Assembly: GCA_964626495.1 (NCBI GenBank) | Contig: CAZVFT010000004.1 | Coordinates: 1 to 52,361, forward strand | Direction of reading: 5' to 3' | Source: an uncultured bacterium | GTDB lineage: Bacteria > Fidelibacterota > Marinisomatia > Marinisomatales > CAZVFT01 | Length of the DNA: 52,361 nt | Part shown: positions 7,548-16,011 of the stretch, piece after piece | How the letters are laid out: each line of letters starts with the position of its first letter | How positions within the stretch are numbered: position 1 is the stretch's first letter | The notes under the pieces: generated by a model | Database searches by the model: none | What the model was told of the DNA's origin: nothing | Seen by the model: only the letters and a program-made list of their open reading frames with translations | Translations under genes and position numbers: made by a program

Positions 7548-9752
7548 ATGTCAGATATGAACCACATTCAAGGGAAAAGTCCCGCTCGATTGAGAGGTAT
7601 ACTTCTCATTGCTATCCTGCTTACTTTCACTCTTCCTTCTACTACTCACTCACAAGAACCAACAGTTGAGTGGGTTAATGACAAGTACACATCCGTGGGG
7701 CAACTTGGAATGACCATCACAAACTTTGGTATTCTGGGGGAAGGATGGAATAACGCTGACCAACCCTCATGCCGGTATAAACAACATACTGAGATTCTTC
7801 GGGAACAGATAGAACATTTCTCCTTTGCTGGACTCTGGATTGGTGGTAAAGTAAATGGAGACCGACGAGTCTCCACTGCTATTGTTGATGGTGTTTTTCC
7901 ATCGGCTCAGGAAGGATTTGAATATATACCAACATCTGGCATCCAAATTCGTTCATCTATCTCATCCACCGCTGAAGATCCTATGGCAGAATATTATTCT
8001 CCGTATGCTGTCTCTCACCAGGATTTTGTCACTAATTTTCAAGACTTCGATTTTAGTATACCATATCATACTCAATTGGGTATCAGTGTGCATCTGGAAT
8101 CCTACGCCTGGAACTTCACCTTTGCAGATGCATTTGTCATTCTCAATTATACCATCATTAACCAATCGGCAAATACAATTAAAGACATCTATGCTGGCAT
8201 CTGGGCTGATGTCTCTGTGGCAAATATGAACTATACCAGTGAATATGAGCCTGGTGGTGGATTCACGTGGTATGACAATTTGGATGGCTATGATGAATCC
8301 ATTGACGAAAGCAACTATACACGGGATATTGCTTATCAATACGATGCGGATGGTGACGATGGATGGGCAGAATCGTATATCGGTCTCACTATGCTGGGAG
8401 GGACTACTCCAAGACCCTATTTACAATCTCATTACAACCAATGGGTCTGGTCCTCCACTACCAACGATGACTATCCAGAATATACTATGCCTTTAAATGA
8501 TTATGACCGGTACGATCAATTAATGACTGATGTACCAATAGGAACTGGAGATTTGTATACGAATGGTTACCCAAATCAAACAGATAGCTGGTTAATGATG
8601 ATCTCATGCGGTCCCCTTGGAAGCCAGCCAGCTAATGTGGACTCTTCCAGCTGGGAATTGCTACCGGGAGATTCCTGTAATGTTGTCTTTGCAGTCGTAA
8701 CAGCTCTATGGAATGGAAGCGGTGAAGATTCTGGTACGAGAAGGGCAAACCTTCACATCAATTCCGATTGGGCTCAAAAAGCGTATGACGGAGAGGATAA
8801 AAATCGCAACAATATACTGGATGAAGGTGAAGATATAAATCAGAATGGTAAAATAGACCGATACATACTTCCTGAACCACCCCCCGTTCCAAATATGACG
8901 ACAGATGTGGGGGATCAAACGGTCACTATCTACTGGCAAAACAATGCTGAACATTTCATCGATCCTGTGAGTCTGGAGAAAGACTTTGAGGGATATCGCA
9001 TATACGGAGCAAGGAAGACTTATGGAGATGAATCAGCGGAATTCACACTTCTGGCAGAGTTTGATTTAATAGATAGCGTTTACTCAAATATAGGCTATAA
9101 TACAGGATTTGATGCAATAAGGATAAAAAATGATTTCGGAGAACCAGACAGTCAACAAATTAACGGCAGGTATTATCATTATAAATACACAAATGATGGT
9201 GTAAAGAACGGTTGGCTGAATTATTATGCCATCACATCTTATGACCGTGGGAATCCCGATGCTAATTTAGAGAGTCTTGAAAGTTCTGAGTATGCCAATC
9301 GAAAATATGTTTATCCAGGAGTGAAGGTGGCGGATGATGATTGGACTGCCGACCCAAAAGTTTATCCCAATCCCTACCGAGGACAGGCAACCTGGGAAGG
9401 TTATGGCAGCCGGGAACAAATGATCTGGTTCACCAATCTTCCATCAAAAGCAGATATCCGGATTTTTACTCTGGCTGGTGACATCGTAGATATAATACAT
9501 CACGATGAATCCAGATATGCAGGTCAAGATATTGTGAATATTGACGAAGGAAATCACAAAGTTTTACCCGATGGTACACCTACCTATCCTGAAGCACCCC
9601 ATTTCAGCGGTGGCGAGCACGCCTGGGATCTTATCACAAGATATGAACAAGCTATTGCCTCTGGGCTTTATCTGTTCAGTGTGGAAAACAAAGTTGAAGG
9701 AAGCTCATCTTACGGTCGGATAAAAGAAGGTAAATTTCTTATTATTAAATGA
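7548..9752 (+). CDS. Large secreted hypothetical protein with Ca-binding-like loops, an FN3-like segment and a variant T9SS/FlgD-Ig-like C-terminal domain
   Basis: 734 aa. Hydrophobic N-terminus 'LRGILLIAILLTFTLPSTTHSQ'. 'DGEDKNRNNILDEGEDINQNGKIDRY' at 8787-8864. 'PPVPNMTTDVGDQTVTIYWQNN...FEGYRIYG' is FN3-like. C-terminus 'KVYPNPYRGQ...ADIRIFTLAGDIV...SGLYLFSVE...KFLIIK'. Confidence 0.6.
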   Translation: MSDMNHIQGKSPARLRGILLIAILLTFTLPSTTHSQEPTVEWVNDKYTSVGQLGMTITNFGILGEGWNNADQPSCRYKQHTEILREQIEHFSFAGLWIGGKVNGDRRVSTAIVDGVFPSAQEGFEYIPTSGIQIRSSISSTAEDPMAEYYSPYAVSHQDFVTNFQDFDFSIPYHTQLGISVHLESYAWNFTFADAFVILNYTIINQSANTIKDIYAGIWADVSVANMNYTSEYEPGGGFTWYDNLDGYDESIDESNYTRDIAYQYDADGDDGWAESYIGLTMLGGTTPRPYLQSHYNQWVWSSTTNDDYPEYTMPLNDYDRYDQLMTDVPIGTGDLYTNGYPNQTDSWLMMISCGPLGSQPANVDSSSWELLPGDSCNVVFAVVTALWNGSGEDSGTRRANLHINSDWAQKAYDGEDKNRNNILDEGEDINQNGKIDRYILPEPPPVPNMTTDVGDQTVTIYWQNNAEHFIDPVSLEKDFEGYRIYGARKTYGDESAEFTLLAEFDLIDSVYSNIGYNTGFDAIRIKNDFGEPDSQQINGRYYHYKYTNDGVKNGWLNYYAITSYDRGNPDANLESLESSEYANRKYVYPGVKVADDDWTADPKVYPNPYRGQATWEGYGSREQMIWFTNLPSKADIRIFTLAGDIVDIIHHDESRYAGQDIVNIDEGNHKVLPDGTPTYPEAPHFSGGEHAWDLITRYEQAIASGLYLFSVENKVEGSSSYGRIKEGKFLIIK

Positions 9753-9780
9753 ATTCGTAAACAAGAAAAGGAGAAAGCCT

Positions 9781-12700
9781 ATGAAACAGTTAATAAAAAT
9801 AACAATAACCCTTGTCGTGATGTTTGCACTTGTTCCAAGTGTAATTGGACAAACGTCTATTTACGACATTCAATATACAACAGAGCCAGGTTCTGGAAAT
9901 GACTGCTATCCATCCCCTATTGTTGGACAAACTGTTACTATTTCCGGACTTGTTACTGCTATGAGGAGCACCGGCACCAGATGGTATATTCAGGATGGTG
10001 ATGGCATATGGGATGGCATCTACATCTATGACTCCTCTGTTCAACCGGCTCAGGGAGACTCCGTCACATTCACAGCAGATGTGGCAGAATACTACGGTTT
10101 AACCGAGCTGATGAATGTATCAAATTTCACCAATCATTCGTCAGGACATACACTGTACAACCCACTATCTGTTTCCACGGGAGTCCTTGGTAGCGGCTGT
10201 TCAGCAGAGGGAGAAGAATATGAAGGTCTGCTTATAGTACTGACGGATGTGACCGTAACTCAGGAACCCGATCAATATGGTCAGTGGTTTGTTGATGACG
10301 GAACTGGTGAGTGTGAGATTGAGGATGCCCTCTTCTCTGCTACCACGAACATTGGAGATTTCTTCGATTCCATTATAGGTGTGGTTAGTTGGGGTTATGG
10401 GGAATATGAAGTAAACCCCAGAAGTGCAGATGACCTGATCACTACAGCCATCGGACCAACACTTGTTGATATGACCTTTACACCCACATTCCCTGCACCC
10501 AATGAAGATGTCGATGTGACAGTAACTGCTTACGACGACAAAACCGGATTGGTCATTGATCTGTATATTTCGGTGGATGGAGGTACATATACCTCTTCAC
10601 TGATGACGGACAATGGAGACTCAACCTATTCTGGAATCGTCCCTGGTCAGCCCGAATGGAGCACCTCCGATTTCTATGCTCTGCTCACCGATAGCGACAA
10701 CAATATTGTTACTTCTGATACCTTCAGGGTGACCTACTTTACATTGCCTGAGGTTATTCCCATTGACTCTGTTCAATATACTGATGACCCCTCTGGAGAT
10801 TCCCCCTTAAATGGACAGCAGGTTACCATCAGTGGTGTGGTGACAGCAGAATTCTGGGGAAGCAGCGATAACCGGTACCTGTTCGTCCAAGATGCGGAAA
10901 CCCCATGGAGTGGAATTATGGTCTTTGAATACGGTGGATGGGACAGCTTTGACTTTCAATCTTCAGGTGGAACTGTTCACTCCGTGGCTGAAGGAGAGCA
11001 GGTAATTGTTACAGGTACGGTGGACGAATACTACGGAAAAACGGAAATTACTAACGTGACTCAAGTTCTAATTCTTGGTCCAGCAACGAATATGATTAAT
11101 CCAATAGATGTAACTCCCGGTCAGATAATGACCGGTGGCTCTGATGCGGAAGCATATGAAGGCGTACTGGTGCGCGTTACTGACGTAATTGTTGATGATG
11201 AAGACCTAGGCAACGGCGAATGGTCAGTAACTGATGGACAGAATTCTGTCCGCGTGGATGATCTATGGGATTACTATTACTGGCCAGAAGAGGATGCAGA
11301 ACTTGAAAGTGTTACTGGATGCCTTGACTACAGTTATAGCGATTTCAAGATTCAGCCCCGTCTTGCAAGGGACGTTGTTGAAGAGGGAATAGTACGACTT
11401 CAGCGTATCCAGCAGGTTCTTTACAGCGACCTTATCAAAGCAGGTGAGGATGCCACGTCTGACATATCCTATATGTATGGGGATACTGTTACTATTGAAG
11501 GTATCGTTACTATGCCCACAGGTTTGAGTTATGCCGGTGCTGGAGTCAAGTTCATCTATGAAGATGAACACGGCGGTCCCTGGAGTGCAATCCTCTCATA
11601 TGATCCTGACAGCACAGCCTTCCCTGTTCTATTTGAAGGTGACAAGGTCCGGGCAACAGGATCCATATATGAGTACAATACAGCGGTATCCAATATGACA
11701 GAGCTCTTTATCACTCAGCCAGTTCAAATAATAGATTTTGGCGTTGATTTACCACCTGTGGATACCGTTGCTACTGGTGATCTCCGCTGGCCAACAGAAG
11801 CGGAACAATGGGGTACTGTGATGGTTTCCGTTAATGATGTTGTAGTCACACAAGACCAGCTACAGTATGAAATGTTCGCTGTTGATGATGGAACGGGTGA
11901 AGTGCGGGTGGATGATGATTCTGACAGTATACAGGTATGGTTTGATACGACCGGGGCTCCACCTATTGGTACACTCATTGAGTCAATACGCGGATGGGTC
12001 TATCACCACTATGGTGCTTATAGTGATTCTTCTGCTTATAAACTGGAACCCTTGTACATTTCCGATATCGTCTTTGGAGCAGGACCTCCAAGCTTCCAGG
12101 ATGTTGGAAGGGTTCCGTGCGTACCAGGACCAGATGACGATGTAACAGTGACCTGCGAGATTAGTGATAACTCTATCGTAGTAAACGCAGAACTCTTTTA
12201 CTCAATTGACGGTGGTGCATATCAATCCACTGCTATGATAAATACCTCTGGCATGGATTGGGAAGGCACAATTCCAGCTACAGGCATCGAAGGTGGTACT
12301 GTTGATTACTACATCGAGGCTACAGATGATGGTGCGGGCCAAGGAGGAGTAGAAACCAGCACTCATCCAAGCAACATCACTCAGCTTCAGCTGGGCTATG
12401 TCACAAAGTCTGATGACCTGGACATTGCCGACGTCCAGTTCACGGAGTGGCCTCTTGGCGATTCAAGATTCAATGGATGTGAAGTGACTGTTGCCGGAAT
12501 CGTTACTGCTGATACAGCTCAATACTATAGTGGTTATGGAGCATATGCTATGCAGGATGCCACAGGTCCCTGGAACGGAATCATCTTTGATGCAGTGGAT
12601 GTTAGTCAACCTCTGTTGACACGTGGCGACGAAGTGACTATTACAGGAACTGTAGAAGAATATGATCCTGAGTGGCACTTTAAATACGATAACAATACAA

Positions 12701-13362
12701 AGATAATCAATGTATCCGATGTTACCATAAATAGTTCAGGGAATACCATTACTCCCCAATCCGTGGCGACAGCTGATCTCGCTCAGGATGCAGAGGAAGT
12801 GGAATCATATGAAGGGTGCCTTGTGAAGATATCAAACGTGACAGTCACTGCAATAAACGAGTATGACTGGAGTGTGGAAGATGAATCAGGCACTTCCTGT
12901 CTCATTGATAACGATATGGCTAATGCCGAAGCAGATACGTTTCTGAATCACCTCGAAATTGGAACTCAACTATCATACGTTACCGGTTTATTCATCTTCA
13001 GCTTCGGAACTTACAAGATCGAAGTAAGGGATATGAATGACATAGGAACGGTGAGTATTGACGAGGATTTTGAGGCTCAACCGTTTAGCTACAAACTGTA
13101 TCCCAACTTCCCCAATCCATTCAATCCTGAAACGCGAATACGCTTTGAGATTGGAAACAAGGAACACGTTAAGCTAATTGTGTACGACATTCTCGGGCGG
13201 CAAGTGAAAACGCTTATCAATAGCACCTATGATGCGGGTCACTATGTGATCAACTGGGACGGCACGAATAACTACGCGCACCCAGTAAGCACCGGACTCT
13301 ACATCTACAGAATCAAAGCAGGTAATTTCATCGAATACAACAAGATGATGCTGATAAGATAG
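9781..13362 (+). CDS. T9SS-sorted surface protein with four tandem bipartite OB-like modules and two Ig-like inserts
   Basis: 1193 aa. Signal peptide 'MKQLIKITITLVVMFALVPSVIGQ'. AAGGAG SD. The module 'I..[IV]Q[YF]T...G..VT[IV].G[IV]VTA....[FY].QD....W.GI.......GD.V...G.V.EY.G.TE[LI]' followed by 'YEG.LV.[LV].[DN]V.V......W.V.D..G' occurs 4 times. A type-A-like sorting domain sits at the C-terminus. Confidence 0.65.
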   Translation: MKQLIKITITLVVMFALVPSVIGQTSIYDIQYTTEPGSGNDCYPSPIVGQTVTISGLVTAMRSTGTRWYIQDGDGIWDGIYIYDSSVQPAQGDSVTFTADVAEYYGLTELMNVSNFTNHSSGHTLYNPLSVSTGVLGSGCSAEGEEYEGLLIVLTDVTVTQEPDQYGQWFVDDGTGECEIEDALFSATTNIGDFFDSIIGVVSWGYGEYEVNPRSADDLITTAIGPTLVDMTFTPTFPAPNEDVDVTVTAYDDKTGLVIDLYISVDGGTYTSSLMTDNGDSTYSGIVPGQPEWSTSDFYALLTDSDNNIVTSDTFRVTYFTLPEVIPIDSVQYTDDPSGDSPLNGQQVTISGVVTAEFWGSSDNRYLFVQDAETPWSGIMVFEYGGWDSFDFQSSGGTVHSVAEGEQVIVTGTVDEYYGKTEITNVTQVLILGPATNMINPIDVTPGQIMTGGSDAEAYEGVLVRVTDVIVDDEDLGNGEWSVTDGQNSVRVDDLWDYYYWPEEDAELESVTGCLDYSYSDFKIQPRLARDVVEEGIVRLQRIQQVLYSDLIKAGEDATSDISYMYGDTVTIEGIVTMPTGLSYAGAGVKFIYEDEHGGPWSAILSYDPDSTAFPVLFEGDKVRATGSIYEYNTAVSNMTELFITQPVQIIDFGVDLPPVDTVATGDLRWPTEAEQWGTVMVSVNDVVVTQDQLQYEMFAVDDGTGEVRVDDDSDSIQVWFDTTGAPPIGTLIESIRGWVYHHYGAYSDSSAYKLEPLYISDIVFGAGPPSFQDVGRVPCVPGPDDDVTVTCEISDNSIVVNAELFYSIDGGAYQSTAMINTSGMDWEGTIPATGIEGGTVDYYIEATDDGAGQGGVETSTHPSNITQLQLGYVTKSDDLDIADVQFTEWPLGDSRFNGCEVTVAGIVTADTAQYYSGYGAYAMQDATGPWNGIIFDAVDVSQPLLTRGDEVTITGTVEEYDPEWHFKYDNNTKIINVSDVTINSSGNTITPQSVATADLAQDAEEVESYEGCLVKISNVTVTAINEYDWSVEDESGTSCLIDNDMANAEADTFLNHLEIGTQLSYVTGLFIFSFGTYKIEVRDMNDIGTVSIDEDFEAQPFSYKLYPNFPNPFNPETRIRFEIGNKEHVKLIVYDILGRQVKTLINSTYDAGHYVINWDGTNNYAHPVSTGLYIYRIKAGNFIEYNKMMLIR
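13090..13359 (+). other. T9SS type-A-like C-terminal sorting domain of the 9781-13362 protein
   Basis: 'YKLYPNFPNPFNPETRIRFEIGNKEHVKLIVYDILGRQVKTLI...GLYIYRIKAGNFIEYNKMMLIR'. Confidence 0.75.
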
Positions 13363-13382
13363 AATGATGGAAATAATAGTGT

Positions 13383-13410
13383 TGCGGGGGCTTAAATTTT
13401 AGCTCCCGCA
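13383..13410 (+). terminator. Stem-loop after the 1193-aa gene (attenuating hairpin or weak terminator)
   Basis: 'tgcgggggct' (13383-13392) pairs with 'agctcccgca' (13401-13410), with one G-U, around an 8-nt loop. The downstream U-tract is poor ('gtgctttcc'). Confidence 0.35.
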
Positions 13411-13434
13411 GTGCTTTCCTTGCTGGTATAAGTG

Positions 13435-15843
13435 ATGATAAAAAGAACGCTACTCATTCTCTTAGTTCTGCTGTGGGCGTGTTCCCCCTGGGAATACGAG
13501 GATCCCACTTCGCCAATAGGTAACCAAGCACCAGAAACATACCTGACTCTTACAGCGTCAGATACCATTTATGCCTCCCTGGAGAATGTTGATATCATTA
13601 TTGATCCAGTGACTGGTGACACAACCTACGATACCACCTGGACTTACTATATTGGAGAGGATCCAGATACGGGGGTAATTGTGGATACTCTTGCTTCAGC
13701 TTTTAAAGACACTTTCTCCAGTCGACAGGAACTATATTGGTGGGGTGAAGATAGGGATGGTGAAGTCAATGGATATCGGTACCGGTGGAGTACAGATACT
13801 ACCTGGACTTATACCACGAACGAAGTGGGAATATTCTACATTCCGATAACTACTTTATTTGATGTGTTCATATTCGAAGTGGTCGCTATAGATAATGACA
13901 GTCTGATCGATCCATCACCAGCTCGACTCGTACTTCCAATTCGGAATTCCCCACCAGAAATCAGCTTTCGTTACCTTAGCAATCCTCTTTATGACGATTT
14001 ACCCGAACCCAAATCTATCTATTACACCTTTCCTACTCGAACCTTCGTTTGGGATATCTTCGATCAAGATGGTAAGGAGACCATTGATACTGTTTACTAT
14101 GCTATGGATGATACGTGCGAAACATGCTGGACAGCATTATATGCCGCTTCCTATAGCAGTATCACCCTCGATTCTATCCCACCTGGTGAACATAAATTTT
14201 ACTTAAAAGTTAAGGATATTGCTGGCGCTTATAGTCGTACTATTTTCTTTCCTGATGAGAGTGATGTTAACTATCCAGACACATGGATTGTGAAAGAACC
14301 AGCAGGCGAACTTCTCCTAGTAGATGACTATCCTCTGGATACACCCAATAATGCTTTGAACTGGTATCAAAGCCTTTTAGATACAATGATAAACGTAGAT
14401 GGATACTCTATCTGGGAAATTGGAGAAGAACTTCCCTATTCAAGTATCGATCTAACAGCTACACTATCATATTTTGATAAAATTATTTGGTATGCGGGTT
14501 ATGTCGGCAGCTTCACATATCACGATGCCGATGGAAGTATCAACGCATTCATAGAAAAAGGAGGACACTTTTTTCTCAATTTCGCCACATTTGCTGATAC
14601 AGCACTTTCCTGGTTTCCTATCAGTAGTGTGACCCCTTTGAATCCCGGTGGAGATATAAATTCCAAGAAAAAACTTATTCCTCAAATCGATGATGCTGAT
14701 ACTTTAATGATTGCCAGTACAATCTCCGTGAATGTAAAGGGATTTGAAAGCACTGAATATTTTCAGAGCCTTTATCATCTCCAGTTACCTGAGGATCCTG
14801 AAGACCTCTGGCAGGGTGAACCCAATATATGTGGAATGTTTAAAAATCCCTTATCTCCCAATAGTGGAAACGCTGTGATTTTGTCCATTCCACTATATAA
14901 AAGTTATACTTCTGTCCTGGACACCAAATGGGAAATCCAGAATGAAGAACATAACAATATTCTATATGGTACTGATTTTATTAATGACCAGACGGGCTGG
15001 GTTGTTGGAGAAGATGGAATCATTCTACATACAATTGATGGAGGTGATTCATGGGAAGTGCAATACCCAACAGATAAAGACTTGAGATCCGTTGATTTTG
15101 TTGATGAGATGACGGGATGGGCGGTTGGAAAAAGTGGTACAATTCTCCATACTGTTGATGGCGGTACAAGTTGGAGTGAACAGAATAGTGAAACTTCTAA
15201 AACGCTTTACTCCGTGATCTTTATTGACGAAAACAGTGGATGGGTAGCGGGAAAAAGTGGAACGATTTTACAAACGAATGATGGTGGGAATAATTGGAGC
15301 CAACAAGAGAGTGGAACGGGGATGCGACTTGAAGATATTACATTTATCGATTCCCAAAAAGGATGGTGTGTTGGCGCCCAAGGTACTATTTTATTCACGG
15401 ATGATGGTGGCGAGCACTGGATAACAATTGATAGTGGCTTAAGTAACGAACCTTGGTTCTACTCAGTCTGTTTCATCGATTCACTGGAAGGCTGGATTGT
15501 GGGTGTCTCAGGAATCATTCTAAAAACTACAAATGGTGGGGATAACTGGAGTATATTATATAGTGAAATTCAAACCACATTATGTGATGTACTCTTTTTA
15601 AATAATGACTTGGGATGGGCTGTCGGAAAAGAGGGAAAAATAATATCAACTATTGATGGCGGTGAAAATTGGGTCGAAGTCTTTAGTAATACAGGACACG
15701 ATTTATGGTCTATTTACCTTCTTGACTCGGATGTTGGAAAAATTGTTGGTGGTTCCAGTGGCCAAAGCATTATCTTAAATAAAAAAGCAGGTGGTGGATC
15801 AAACAGATTCTTTAATCTTTTGTTAAACAATATTTTTCAATAA
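13435..15843 (+). CDS. Putative lipoprotein: ~500-aa N-terminal region of unknown function + C-terminal BNR/Ycf48-like beta-propeller
   Basis: N-terminus 'MIKRTLLILLVLLWACS' (lipobox-like). GTG 13432 is an alternative start. Six clear blades of 'GW.VG..G.I[LI].T.[DN]GG..W', e.g. 'TIDGGDSWEVQ','TVDGGTSWSEQ','TNDGGNNWSQQ','TDDGGEHWITI','TTNGGDNWSIL','TIDGGENWVEV'. Confidence 0.65.
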   Translation: MIKRTLLILLVLLWACSPWEYEDPTSPIGNQAPETYLTLTASDTIYASLENVDIIIDPVTGDTTYDTTWTYYIGEDPDTGVIVDTLASAFKDTFSSRQELYWWGEDRDGEVNGYRYRWSTDTTWTYTTNEVGIFYIPITTLFDVFIFEVVAIDNDSLIDPSPARLVLPIRNSPPEISFRYLSNPLYDDLPEPKSIYYTFPTRTFVWDIFDQDGKETIDTVYYAMDDTCETCWTALYAASYSSITLDSIPPGEHKFYLKVKDIAGAYSRTIFFPDESDVNYPDTWIVKEPAGELLLVDDYPLDTPNNALNWYQSLLDTMINVDGYSIWEIGEELPYSSIDLTATLSYFDKIIWYAGYVGSFTYHDADGSINAFIEKGGHFFLNFATFADTALSWFPISSVTPLNPGGDINSKKKLIPQIDDADTLMIASTISVNVKGFESTEYFQSLYHLQLPEDPEDLWQGEPNICGMFKNPLSPNSGNAVILSIPLYKSYTSVLDTKWEIQNEEHNNILYGTDFINDQTGWVVGEDGIILHTIDGGDSWEVQYPTDKDLRSVDFVDEMTGWAVGKSGTILHTVDGGTSWSEQNSETSKTLYSVIFIDENSGWVAGKSGTILQTNDGGNNWSQQESGTGMRLEDITFIDSQKGWCVGAQGTILFTDDGGEHWITIDSGLSNEPWFYSVCFIDSLEGWIVGVSGIILKTTNGGDNWSILYSEIQTTLCDVLFLNNDLGWAVGKEGKIISTIDGGENWVEVFSNTGHDLWSIYLLDSDVGKIVGGSSGQSIILNKKAGGGSNRFFNLLLNNIFQ

Positions 15844-16011
15844 CCTAAATTGAGCGATTCTATTGCACTACCGAAGAAAAAACTCACGTCTAACGAGTTG
15901 TACTCATTGTGGAATGCTTAGACCAAAATAACAAATACAAACTGAACAGTTTATGCTGCAGAATCTCTAAAATTAGGAATAAATATCTGCTAAATATGAC
16001 GAGTATTGTGA

